A stretch of DNA of 63,873 bases, counting the filler, from Octopus bimaculoides (Eukaryota): assembly GCF_001194135.2 (NCBI RefSeq). It is 5 parts of 4 records of this genome, joined end to end, with 100 filler letters (N's around TTAATTAATTAA, not from the genome) between each part and the next. Parts side by side here need not be neighbours in the genome. Positions count along the whole stretch, not along the records: positions 1 to 18,999 come from NC_068985.1; 4 more parts are not named here. The stretch is one strand, 5' to 3'. Positions 1-12,669 of this stretch are shown here, one piece after another. Numbering within the stretch: the stretch's first letter is position 1; every line of letters begins with the position of its first letter. The translations under genes were made by a program, and so were the position numbers. A model generated the notes under the pieces. The model saw nothing but the letters and a program-made list of their open reading frames with translations, was not told the origin of the DNA and did no database searches.

Positions 1-639
1 ATTGATATTAATCAATTTGAACCAGTGGTCTAGCATATTAAAAAAATCCGAAGATTAAAATTATATTACATACAAAAATAAGAGGGATGACCAGCAAAAG
101 TGGACTCCTATATGCTAGAAATAGATGCCGAATCATCTAACCACGAAAAAAATATATGTTCTCAGTAAAAATTCAGCGACATAACAGACTGTAAAAGGGC
201 AAGACAAATAAAAAAATACTAAATAAAAACGATTAACCTACGTACCATGGTTTCACCTGTTAAAATTTACATGAGTAAATATCTGCAGGATCGTCAGCGT
301 AGTATGTCGATTTGCGATGTAATTTCCAGAACTAGACACAGGACGTCCAACCGAAAGGGAGCACATGTAGAGTTCTACAAATTACATTCAGTGTATCATT
401 TCAAAAGACATGTGTCAAAAAAATAGGATCTTGTTTTATTGTCATGATTGCACAACATTTCTAAAGTTTCCAGATTTCCATTTATTTGGTACCAATATGC
501 TCCTAGATAAAAGCCTTAACATATCGGTGCTGTCTTATCTGTGCTGAGTGTAGGCTTACCAGTCTATAGTGGCCAGTTATGGGGATAGATTGTTCCTGTG
601 GTGGGTGATTAGTTCTGGTTATTGTCAAAGTAGAATTTG

Positions 640-860
640 AATTCACAATCCAAAGAACTAGAATAGGTACTGCAACACATGTCATTTAATGCTCTAATAC
701 TTCTGCCAATTCAATGCCCCCAAACTGGTACTCTATTTATTGACCCCAAATAGATAAAAAGTAAATTTGACCTAAGCAGGATTTGATCTCAGAGAGTAGA
801 AATCCAGGGAGAAAATCAAGACAGTCTGTTCAACACCCAAACAACTCTGTTGATTTCCCA
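640..860 (-). mobile_element. tRNA-derived SINE, degraded
   Basis: Reverse complement shares the body of the plus-strand SINE at 19992-20212 (…ggggtcaataaatagagtaccagtt…). Boundaries approximate. Confidence 0.55.
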
Positions 861-1008
861 TCTATCTCAATTAAATAAACAAGTGATGGAGGTCAGAAAA
901 TTATCCAGTCATCATTGATACTTTGTTATATCTTAATGTGATATAGGTTTATAGTTTTTATTAATTGACATTTTCATATTTCAGGTTCTATATGTGACTG
1001 TTTAATCA

Positions 1009-1975
1009 TGCCACGTACGAAAAAAGCCTTGTAACTGTGCGAATTTCAAAGAGACCATATTGTGAGTCAATCTGAAGGTGAACTTAGCATAAAATTGCAG
1101 AAAACCTTCTACAGTTAATAGAGTAATTGTGCAATTCACCAGAGAGGGGAAGAAGTTCACATCAACTCACCTAAGTCAACTAGGGCCCTCTGACTGGACC
1201 TTTACTTTGTTAAGAGAAATCTGGAGGATAATCCTCATTGCAAGGCCTCTGACATAATGGAACAAGTTGATGTTAGTCCCAGAACAGCTGTCAGGTGTCT
1301 CCCCAAACTTGGTTACTCTGGCAGAGTAGTAAGGAGGAAGCCACTCCTTTGACCAGCCACTATCAAACAGAGAAAAGATTGGGCCAGTGAGATAGTGGAG
1401 GAGCCACTAGCATTTTGGGACACTGTCATATTCTCTGATGAGTCCAGATTTGCTGTATTTTCTGAGAGTGGTTGAGTGTGGGTCTGGAGGCTCTGTGATC
1501 AAGAATTTTACATGTATATATTGCAGCCAGATAACAATGAAACAAGGTAGCTATTATGTGATGGTCTGGGGAGCAATTTGGAGCAATGGTTGATCAGAGC
1601 TGGTGGAGTGTGAGAGAAACATAAACTCAGATAAATATGTGTCCATATTGCAGAAAACATTCCTTCCAATCTTCTCCAGTGGTGAAATGATCAAACAAGA
1701 CTCTTCATTTATGGAAGATGAGGCTCCTTGTCACACAGCTAAAAAGACCCAAGATTTGTTGGAAGAGAATGGCATTAAAAAGCTTCCACAGCCAGTCATC
1801 AGAAATGAGCCCTATAGAACACCTCTGGGGCATAATGGACAGGACACTTTGTAAAAAGAACAAGAAAGCATTCGCAAAGCCAGATATTTTGTGATTACTG
1901 CATGAAACTTGGCAAAAAATTCCTCAAGAAAATACTCATCATCTCATCAGTAGCATGCCTAATAGGTCCTTGCAT
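1009..1975 (+). mobile_element. Tc1-family transposase pseudogene
   Basis: Frameshifted fragments: MPRTKK start at 1009, WDTVIFSDES (first catalytic D, ~1417-1443), then ORF 1603-1854 KYVSILQ…FMEDEAPCHTAKKTQ (second D region). No clear TIRs. Confidence 0.85.
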
Positions 1976-2697
1976 TGAAAATATTAGATATTCACATTAT
2001 AATAATTAATGGATAATTAAAATAAATTTTTATGATTTTAAGGGTTCTATTTACTTCTGTCATGTCTATGTGTATACGAGAGAGTGTACATGAATTAGGT
2101 ATACAGATGTGCATGCATATATGCACATGCATGCACATGTTCATGCATATAAACATACACATGCATACCCACATGTGTGTATGTGTGTATGTATCTGTGG
2201 GTTTGTATGTGTATATATGTATAGATGCATGTATGTGTGCACACATGTGCATATATGCATGTATCTACATATATATGCATGCAAATCTGTGCACCTAATT
2301 CATGTACTCTCTCTCACATATATATGTATGTGCAAATTTGTGGGGGTTTTGGTGTATGTGTGTATATGTGAGTGTGTGTATATGTGAGTGTGTGTATATG
2401 TGTGTGTATACATGTGGGATGACATGCATAAGATTTCTTTTTTCATTTTTCTCTCTTTATTTCTTTTCTTATTCATCTATATATATGCTTATTGAACAAC
2501 ATAATGGGTAAACTTTTTGAATTATCCACATGACATTATTATAATTCATTCTAGAACATTCCATAAGGAAATATATTTATTTTTTTATCAACAACTATAC
2601 AAACTCACAAGCCTTCAACCTGTGACTAGTTTGATAATTGTCAACACACAAAACTCTCAGACCTTCAGTCACTCTGTTACTATATATATATATATAT

Positions 2698-2953
2698 AAA
2701 GTTTTGAATGGCACAACAATGCACTATAATACAAAAAAATGGACTATCTACCTGTTGTAATTTAGTTATCCATAGTCCGATGATATTTCAGAATACAATT
2801 CCTTCTTCAGATATTCTTAGATGGAGTCGCTATAATCTAAGAATATCTGAAGAAGGAATTGTATTCTGAAATATCACCGGACTATGGATAACTAAATTAC
2901 AACAGGTAGATAATCCATTTTTTGTATTATATTATTGTACCATTCAAAACTTT
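2698..2953. repeat. Near-perfect fold-back inverted repeat (~120-bp arms, 12-nt loop)
   Basis: 2698-2822 is the reverse complement of 2835-2953 with a few mismatches/indels; loop GGAGTCGCTATA at 2823-2834. Confidence 0.95.
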
Positions 2954-3000
2954 TTATTCTTTACAAACAATATACAATGCTTCAAGTGAATTACAATACT

Positions 3001-3192
3001 CTCCTATCATCATCATCATCGTCGTCGTTTAACGTCCGCTTTCCATGCTAGCATGGGTTGGACGATTTGACTGAGGACTGGTGAAACCAGATGTCTACAC
3101 CAGGCTCCAATCTGATTTGGCAGAGTTTCTACAGCTGGATGCCCTTCCTAACGCCAACCACTCAGAGAGTGTAGTGGGTGCTTTTACGTGCC
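3001..3192 (-). mobile_element. RTE LINE 3' tail (5'-truncated)
   Basis: (cat)n-cgtttaacgtccgctttccatgctagcatgggttggacg… nearly identical to the 3' end of the long RTE copies at 4851 and 51295. Confidence 0.9.
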
Positions 3193-3225
<33 letters not shown>

Positions 3226-4129
3226 CATATATTAGTTTATGTATATATTAATATTATCTCAGTTATTAAAACTTTCGATAATTTAAATACGTTAGTAGTT
3301 ACCAGAGGTAGCAAAATTACACTAAAAAACAAGATATCACNNNNNNNNNNNNNNNNNNNNNNNNNNNNNNNNNNNNNNNNNNNNNNNNNNNNNNNNNNNN
3401 NNNNNNNNNNNNNNNNNNNNNNNNNNNNNNNNNNNNNNNNNNNNNNNNNNNNNNNNNNNNNNNNNNNNNNNNNNNNNNNNNNNNNNNNNNNNNNNNNNNN
3501 NNNNNNNNNNNNNNNNNNNNNNNNNNNNNNNNNNNNNNNNNNNNNNNNNNNNNNNNNNNNNNNNNNNNNNNNNNNNNNNNNNNNNNNNNNNNNNNNNNNN
3601 NNNNNNNNNNNNNNNNNNNNNNNNNNNNNNNNNNNNNNNNNNNNNNNNNNNNNNNNNNNNNNNNNNNNNNNNNNNNNNNNNNNNNNNNNNNNNNNNNNNN
3701 NNNNNNNNNNNNNNNNNNNNNNNNNNNNNNNNNNNNNNNNNNNNNNNNNNNNNNNNNNNNNNNNNNNNNNNNNNNNNNNNNNNNNNNNNNNNNNNNNNNN
3801 NNNNNNNNNNNNNNNNNNNNNNNNNNNNNNNNNNNNNNNNNNNNNNNNNNNNNNNNNNNNNNNNNNNNNNNNNNNNNNNNNNNNNNNNNNNNNNNNNNNN
3901 NNNNNNNNNNNNNNNNNNNNNNNNNNNNNNNNNNNNNNNNNNNNNNNNNNNNNNNNNNNNNNNNNNNNNNNNNNNNNNNNNNNNNNNNNNNNNNNNNNNN
4001 NNNNNNNNNNNNNNNNNNNNNNNNNNNNNNNNNNNNNNNNNNNNNNNNNNNNCATATATATATATACATATATATACTTTATTTAAAAGCAGCAGAAATA
4101 TAACAAAAGACTGTTACTCGGAGTTTCAC

Positions 4130-4212
<83 letters not shown>

Positions 4213-4850
4213 TATCATTTAACATTTGTTTTCCATGTTGACATAATTGGATAATTTGACCAGAGCTGGTAAGCTGAAGAGTGACATCAGGTGTTCCAGT
4301 CTGATTTGGTTTGGTTTCTAAGACTAGATGCCCCTCCTAATGCCAACACTTTACAATGTGTGCTGGGTGCTTTTTATTTGGACTGGCAAGGGTATATATG
4401 TTTTCCTAGGGCTAAAAAGTAGTAACATCATCCTCTATATGACTGCCACTTTGCATTGGCAAACGGACTTTACTGTATAGTACTGTTACTACATATCTCC
4501 CATTCAGATATTCAAAACTAGTTGTTATTCTCTTTATGAGATCAGCAAATGTGTGTTGCTTTAAAAGTATACACTGTGAGCAAGAGCAAGTGGCTGCTAT
4601 CTCTAGCCACGGTTGTCCTGTACCAATTAAGGGAAATTACCCAGAATCATTGGTCAACAGGTATTGCTACAGCTAGAAAGGGAACAGTAGATTCCCTTGC
4701 TCACAATATACAGACACAGATCATGTGTTGGTAGATAGCTGGAAAAGATGTTTTCCTGGGGCTAAAAAGTAGTAACATTGTGCTGCGCAGGACTGCCACT
4801 TTGTGTCGGCAAATAGACTTTACTATATATATATATATATATATATATAT

Positions 4851-6990
4851 CATCATCATCATCATCATCGTTTAACGTCCGCTTTCCATACTAGCATGGG
4901 TTGGACGATTTGACTGAGGACTGGTGGACCAGGTGACTACACAAGGCTCCAATCTGATTTGGCAGAGATTCTAGAGCTAGATGCCCTTCCTAACACCAAC
5001 CACTCTGACATATTTCTAAAGGTCTCAGTACAACTCATTGCCTCGGTGAGGCCTAATGTTCGGAGGTTGTGCTTCACCACCTCATCCCAGGTCTTCCTGG
5101 GCCTGCCTCTTCCACAGGTTCTCTCAACTGCTAGAGTGTGGCCTTTTTTCACACAGCTATCCTCATCCATTCTCGTCACATGTCCATACCAGTGCAATCG
5201 TCTCTCTTGCACACCACAACTGATGCTTCTTAGGTTCAACTTTTCTCTCAAGGTACTTACACTCTGTCGGGTATGCACACTGACATTACTCAGCCATCGG
5301 AGCACACTGGCTTCATTCCTTGCGAGCTTACGCATGTCCTTAGCAGTCACGGCCCATGTTTCACTGCCATGAAGCATGGCTGTTCGTACACGTGCATCAT
5401 ACAGTCTGCCTTTTACTCTGAGAGAGGCCCTTTGTCACCAGCAGAGGTAAGAGCTCTCTGAACTTTGCCCAGGCTATTCTTATTCTAGCAGCTACACTTT
5501 CAGTGCACCCTCCCCCGCTACTAACTTGGTCACCTAGGTAACGGACGCTATCAACTACTTCTAGTTTTTCTCCCTGGAATGTGGAAGAAGTTTTCTGCAC
5601 ATTTTCAGTGTTTATTGCACCTGAACATCTGTCATATACAAAAACTAACTTCCTAGTTAACCTGCCTTTGATATTATTGCACCTCTTATGTGTCCATAGC
5701 TTGCACTGTGTACATCTTATAGAGTTTCTACCTACACCTTTCCTACAGATCGAGCAGGGCCATCTACCTGAAGGGGTTTGTGTTTTGTCTACCTTCCTAC
5801 TTATTAGGACTTTGGTTTTAGCTAGGTTGACTCTAAGGCCCTTCGATTCTAGTCCCTGCTTCCACACCTGAAACTTCTCTAGTTCTGATAGTGACTCAGC
5901 AATTAGTACAAGGTCATCAGCATAGAGGAGCTCCCAGGGGCATCCTGTCTTAAATTCTATTGTTATAGCCTGGAGGACTATGATAAATAGGAGGGGGCTG
6001 AAGACAGAACTTTGGTGGACCCCTACCTCCACCCGGAATTCTTCGCTGTACTCATTGCCAACCCTCACCTTACTGACAGCGTCTCTGTACATGGCTCGCA
6101 CAGCTCTCACTAACCATTCTTTTATCCCTAGTTTCCTCATTGACCACCAGATGAGAGATCGGGGACCCTGTCGAAAGCTTTCTCCATGTCAACGAAAGCC
6201 AGGTACAGAGGTTTATCCTTGGCTAGGTATTTCTCCTGAAGCTGTCTTACCAGAAACATAGCATCAGTGGTGCTTTTCCCAGGCACGAACCTAAACTGCA
6301 TCTCATATAAACTAACTCATTCCCTAAGTAGTTGAGCTATGACCCTCTCCATGACTTTCATTACCTGATTTAAAAGCTTGATACCTCTGTAATTATTTGT
6401 ATCTAAAGCGTCACCTTTACCTTTGTAGCAGTTGACTATGGTGCTGCTACACCAGTCATTGGGTATGACTCCTTCGTGTATCACCTGGTTAACAATACGG
6501 GTAACTAGGCTATAGCCAATACTACCAGATATTTTGAGCATCTCTGCAGTGATTCCTGATGGGCCGGGAGCTTTCCCTGTCTTCATACTCTTAATTACTT
6601 TATCTACCATGGTACTGTCAACTCGGATAGCTGGTCCCTCTGTTGGGTCGACATACGGCAGGCTCTCTTTCTCTCATTCATTCTCTTTATTGAGCAATCT
6701 TTCGTAGTGGCGTCTCCAAACCTCTTTCTTTGCAGCCTCGTTTAGTGCAAGCGTACCATCATCCATGCGAACACATTTCTCTCCCACGATATCACGATTC
6801 TCTCTCACACACTGTCTTGCAACATGAAATACCTCGAGTCTTTGGTCCTCATGGCGCAGAACATTGGCAAACTTTTTCTTATCTGCTTCTCCTCTGGCTA
6901 AATAAACCTGTCGCCTAGCTTCCCTTCTGGCAGTCTGATACAATTCCCTGCTACCACCATTTTTCCAGTCTTTCCAAGTCTGTTTCTATA
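4851..6990 (-). mobile_element. RTE-clade LINE, 5'-truncated, with RT, zinc-finger-like region and 3' tail
   Basis: ORFs 6674-6943, 6317-6610 (KAPGPSGI…YKGKGD…NYRGIKLL), 5397-6140 (GVHQSSVFSPLLF, LLYADDLVL) and 4937-5377 (MLHGSETW…RLHWYGHV…GRGRPRKTW); (GAT)n tail at 4851-4868; frameshifts and stops. Confidence 0.95.
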
Positions 6991-7099
6991 ATAATAATGA
7001 TGATGATGATAATGCTGCTGCTGATGATGATGATTATAGTTCTACTGGTTTTAGTGGAAGTAATAATGTTGTTAGTAATGATGGAACTTGTAGTTGTAA

Positions 7100-10000
7100 T
7101 AATCCAGTACAACCTGATTCATGGTCAGGCCATCAGCAACCCTACAAAGTGCTTGCCTAGTAAGGAGGCTGATTTTGTTGGATGCCCTGCAGGACAAAAA
7201 ACAAAGCCTGTTAAAAGGCAAATGAACTTATTAGAGTCAATGGCTATCCATCTATATGAGTTTTTAATATGTCATATTACATCACTCTTAGTGTTATTGG
7301 TAACATGTAAATGGCAACAATATAACTACTGGTTTATGGTAACCTTAAAACACATACCTTGAGAGAAATGTTAATTATGAGAAGTAATCCTAACAGCATC
7401 AATGAGGCTGGAGCTTTTAGTGAAGGTGTCATGTCTGGCAGCTGTCCTATGGAACAGCAGCACAGGCCCAGTCATTACCAAGCTACTGCTGATGCACAAC
7501 AGTAAAGGAGGTTAAAATGGATGAATGAGAGCAACAAATTGTTGCTTGAATATTATATTAAGAATGAGCCAGAGAAAAGAGGATATAGGCAAAGGTTATT
7601 AGAGCTCTAGGGAAAATATTATCCATATGAAGAGCTGAAATATGAGAGTGAAGAAAGATTAGATGGTCAGATTAGAGAAATTAAGACCAAAATGTGGCTA
7701 GATAAGATGGAACATGAGAAGATTACAATGAAAGTGAAAAAGGAACTGCAAGGGACTATTGATCCAGAAGAAATATCCATAGAGCAGGAGAATCTTCAAA
7801 GTTGGGACATGGAGGAAGGGAATCCACAATATAAAGAAGACATTAATGTACCTCAAACTGGAGAGTCACCAGAGAGAATTAACCCAGAACTAGCTATTTT
7901 CCATGATAGAATTCTGAAAGTAATGTTCCTCGAGGAAAGAAAAAAGTTACCACCATTGAAATCATGCGATAGAGCAGAACTAAGATCAGAACTCAGGAAA
8001 GTAAATAAGTTATCATGAGAATTCCAATTAAGGATATCACTGAGTTAAATTCCTTGGTAAATACCACTGCTTATGTCATCTCAAAGAAGATGGAAATGTT
8101 AAGAGAAAAGAAAGTACAGAGAAACAAAGAACCGATTTGGAAAAGGAGAATAAAAGAAAACATCAATACATGGCAGAAGGATTCAAGTAAGATTGAGGAG
8201 GTAAGGAAAGGTAATATGAGGCTTGATGAAAGAGAACAAACTTACAGGAATAAGAAATACCACCTGGTGGATAAGGGCACTCCATATTGGATATGTGGAA
8301 ACAAAAGGTCAAAGCAAGTGGCATTAAAATCAAAAGATATGAGGAAAGATGTCAACTGTTCAGAACAAACCAGAAACTGTTCTATGAGACTCTAGATGGA
8401 GGAGATAAAGAAGAAACAGAATTATCTAATCCAACTTTGTTTTTCGAGCAAGATCTAGTCAAAGAATGTCAAACACAATGACAGGGCACCCTTGCTCAAT
8501 GAAGTGGGAAAAGACATGAAGATACAGGAAGACATTGTCATCACATTGGAAGATATTCAAACTAGAATTGGTAAGATGAGATTGTGGAAAGCAGCTAGCC
8601 TGGATCTAGTTCAGGGTTTTTGATTCAAGCCTTTGAAAAATTTACATCCAAAACTACAAAAACCTGCAAAGCTATGTACACTAAGGAAATGTACCAGAAT
8701 GGATAGTCAAAGGAAGAACTGTGTTGATTCAGAAGGACCTAGCCAAGGGTGCCATGGCCAGTAACTATCATTGATTGCTTGTTTACCTATGATTTGGAAT
8801 CTTGTATCTGGGATGATGGGAGAGAAATTGTACAACCATCTTAAAAGAAATGAACTGCTAATTAATGAACAGAAAGGCTGCAGGAAGAGTTCACAAGGAA
8901 CAAAGGATCAGTTGCTGATTGATAAGGCAATCCTTAGTTGTTGCTAAAGAAGGTTGACAAGCCTATCAATGACTCGGATTGACTATAAGAAGGCATGTGA
9001 TATGGTTCCTCACTTGTAGATTCTGAAATGCCTGGAGATGATCGGGACAGAAAACAATATAATTCATTTGTTCAAAAATAGTATGAGTAACTAGAAGACA
9101 GTTCTGACTGGAAAAGAAACTTTGGACAAGTCAACATCAAAAAGGAACTCTTTCAAGGAGACTTGGTATCACCCTTACTGTTTATTGTTAGTATGTTACC
9201 ATTATCCAAGGTTCTGAGAAAGATGGGAGCAGGTTACAAGCTGCAGAAGAACATGAGACCACTTAATCACCTGTTGTTCATGGATGATTTGAAGCTTTAT
9301 GGAGCTGACAGAGGTCAACTGGATCCCCTTGTTTAGTCTCTACAACTTTTATCCCAAAACATCCAGACAGCATTTGGTATAGGGAAATGCTCTGTTATTG
9401 AACTGAGGAGATGGTGAAAAGGAGACAGCTGTGGAGTACAACTTCCACATGGTGAGTGGATAAGAGACGTGAATGGAGAAGGTTACGGGTGTCCTGATGT
9501 TTTACAATTAGGTCAGATGTGAACACCAAGATGGAGAAACTTTCTTGCGAATATTTTAGAAGAGTTAAAAACTAATTAGGTCTAAGCTAAATTAAAGGAA
9601 CCTGATTAGAGGTATCAACACATGGGCTGTAGGTGTGATATGTTACTATGCAGGAGTTATAAAATGGACAAACTTGTCAACAAAGATAGAAAAACTAGGA
9701 AGGTAATGGCTTTTGCATGGGTGCCTTCATACAAGAAGAAACATAGCAAGCCTTTATTTACCTGGGAAGGAGGAGAGAAGAGGACTGTTTGGAATAGAGG
9801 ACAGTATTGTGAAGGAGATCAAGTCTTGCATACCCATCTGAAGAATAGGGATGAAAGAATATTACAAGCTGCAGTGACAATGGTGAGATCCTCTAGGAGT
9901 ATAATATGAGGATTAATAAAGAAAAAATCATTAATTGGAAAAAGGAAGTTCTACACAGAGAGTTCTTCAAACAAACATTGGATGAAGCTGATGAAGAATC

Positions 10001-10505
10001 TTGGAGATAGTTAAGACATGTTTTTTTAAAGAAAGAGACAGGAGTGATTCTTACTGCTCAGGAACAAGCTTTACAAACCAACTCAATCAAGTGTAGCATT
10101 GATAAGACTGCAGTATCACTTTTCTGTAGACTATGTGGAAAATCATGAGACTGAAATATAATTAGTGGATGCACAAAATTGGCCCAAAAGGGGTACAAAA
10201 AAAAAGGCACCATGACAAAGTACCAGTACAAATACACTGGGAGTACCAAGACCTACGATTGGAAGGGAAAATAATCTATAGAGCCTCAAAATTGTATGTG
10301 GTACCTATTGTGACTGGTGCACTTGGGACCAGCTCAAAGAGAGAAATATTCTGGTTTCAAAAGCTTCAGAGGAGGTATTCAGTTGGGAGCAATACTTAGA
10401 ACAGCTCATGTGTTAAGGAAAGTGCTGTATCTCTAAGCTGCAGGATAGAGCTGAGACATGACAGAAAAATCAAGAGAAGTGAAAAATAATGATAATAATA
10501 ATAAT
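7100..10505 (+). mobile_element. R4/Dong-like RLE non-LTR retrotransposon, degraded
   Basis: N-terminal W…NKLLLEYY…RGYRQRL motif (~7520), RT motifs [19 protein letters not shown] (~8870) and LNHLLFMDDLKLYG (~9264-9303), C-terminal CRLCG…ISGCTKLAQ…HDKV…IHW (~10125-10225), VVPIVTGALG, (TAA)n tail at ~10486-10504. 5' boundary approximate. Confidence 0.85.
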
Positions 10506-10899
10506 GCTTTAATGGATGAATAATACCAGTTTGAATGAATAGATGGAGAACAATACTCCTTATGAAAGATAAAAACAAGGGTAACACAGCTAACAATTAA
10601 AGACCAATCACTTGCTTAACATTAGTGTGGAAACTGTTAACATGAATTCTTTCAGAAAGCATTTATGAGCACTTTGACAACCAGAATTTACTGCCAGAAG
10701 AACAGAAAGGTTGTTGGAAGGAGGCTAGAGGAAACATGTAGTTTCAAATTGTTCGGGTGTTGGTACCTCAAACGTGTTGTACAATACAGCCATGAGGAGG
10801 ATTTCATTTCTCATGACTGCTTTTTCTGTGAATCTTTTTTTAAAGTTGGTTGATATGTTTTTTATGTTCAGCATTTTTTCCTTTTACCATTTTTTCTGG

Positions 10900-12620
10900 C
10901 TAAATATGCGTCACACAATTACTTCTTGGACACGTACTTGTTCCAAATGCCAACGTTCCAAGATCCAACGGCACATTCGTGCTCCGCTTGAACAGTTTTC
11001 TCCTCCAGAGGCCCATTTTCGCCATGTCCACATTGATCTGGTTGGACCATAGCCTGTGAGTCGCGGGTTCTCTTATATCTTAACCTGTGTCGATCGTTTC
11101 TCCCGTTGGCCAGAAGCCATTCCAATAGCAGACATTTCTGTTGGATGCTCAAGCTTTTGTTTCTAACTGGATTTCCCGCTTCGGAGTTCCGTCCAGATTA
11201 ACTACTGATCGTGGACGTCAGTTTGAAGCTTCTTTATTTCGTGAATTGTCACAAATTCTGGGTGTGCATCACATTTGCATGACCAGTTACCATCCAGCTT
11301 CCAACGGGATGGTCGAATAGTTTCATAGACAGCTCAAGGCCGCTCTACGTGCCTCTCCAGATCCGCAGTTTTGAACTGAATTTCTGCCAATTGTGCTTCT
11401 TAGCTATCGTACTGTTGTCAAGGCAGACCTGGGTTTCTCCTCTGCAGAGCTGCTGTATGGTACCACACTAGCATTGCCTGGTACGATGTTGGTGCCAGAC
11501 ACTTCACAGTTTCATGATCCGGCGTCGTACGTCGCCAGACTTCGCACCTATTTTTCTAATCTTCCGCCCATGGGTTCCCGGGACCAATCTCCACCCTGTA
11601 ATGTCCCATCAGATATTGACTCTTGGTCGCATGTTTTTGTTCGGGATGACTCTGTCAGGGGACCTCTTGTTCTCCTTACAAAGAACCCTTTCGTGTGCTT
11701 TCTTGCACACTCAAAGATTTAACGATCGATATGAATGGTCGTACGGAAACAGTTTCTGTAGATCAGCTCAAAAGAACATATTTTGAGGTATCCACATCTT
11801 TCGATGACACCTTTGCCACGCCCACCTTTGAACCTACACATGCACCTTTGCCAACACCATCACCTACACATGCACCTTTGCCAACACCATCACCTACACA
11901 TGCACCTTTGACAACACCACCTTTGTCGTTGCAACCTGCCTCGAGCAGACCATATGTCAACAGGACTGGCTAAACTGTTCACTGGCCCAAGAAACTTACA
12001 AAGACTATTTACATTTGACATTCTCTATTGCGTTTCCTGTGACAGACAGGTGTTCTTTTGTGTACTGGACAGTTTCAATGTTTTGTTATTGAAGATTTTG
12101 TAAAAAAAATTTTTTGTGCATGCATATTTATATTGTGATTACATTTTTTTCAGTTGTCATATTTTGTGCTACATCTTGTGGGTGATCGATGGCCATCTTG
12201 TTTCGGTGCCACTGCAATCTTTCTATTTTCATGCTTCCGCACTCGAGGGGGAGCCTTGTAGTGACGCCTGGTACCAGATGCCATTTTGGGATTTCATCCA
12301 CACATGCGCAGGGATTAGAGCCTTCTGGAAGCCCCTTATGCGCATGCGCAGTCATCAGCAGCAGCTAGGCTTGACTGCCATTCTCTCTCTTTTCGCGCCT
12401 GCTGCCGACCGAGCCGAACACAACTTGACCAGCTCCGTGTCGCTGGAATTCTGAAGGCGATCCACGACTTCGGTGAATCTGTGATTAAACCGACTCTGCT
12501 GCTTCCACACCAAGGCGACCTGGCTACCAATTGTCCAGAGATGTAACGCTTGTACAAACAGAAAATAAATACTGTTATTTGTTCTGGAGATCTTGTTCCG
12601 CTATTTTCCTTTCACGACTA
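10900..12620 (+). mobile_element. Gypsy LTR retrotransposon 3' part (CsRn1-like): integrase, PPT, 3' LTR
   Basis: Integrase WTRTCSKCQRSKIQRH…[44 protein letters not shown]; PPT gagggggagcc at 12245-12255; LTR starts TGTAGTG at 12257, with aaataaa at ~12564 and end …tcacgacta near 12620. Confidence 0.85.
11833..11921 (+). repeat. 30-bp tandem repeat (~3 copies) encoding PTHAPLPTPS
   Basis: Unit cctacacatgcacctttgccaacaccatca at 11833 and 11863, with a variant at 11893; lies downstream of the gypsy integrase. Confidence 0.9.
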
Positions 12621-12669
12621 TGTAAGGAATTGATAGGCACCCATCTAGTGCCAACCTCACTCCTTACAT

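Noticed and set aside
1992-2511. H/M/C/Y/I-rich ORFs over (TA)n/(CA)n/(TG)n tracts, here and throughout
   Set aside because: Translations of microsatellites.
3178-4086. Long ORFs spanning N runs (also at 31.3-32.4, 37.8-38.6, 58.8-59.9 and 62.4-63.6 kb)
   Set aside because: Their length comes from unknown bases.
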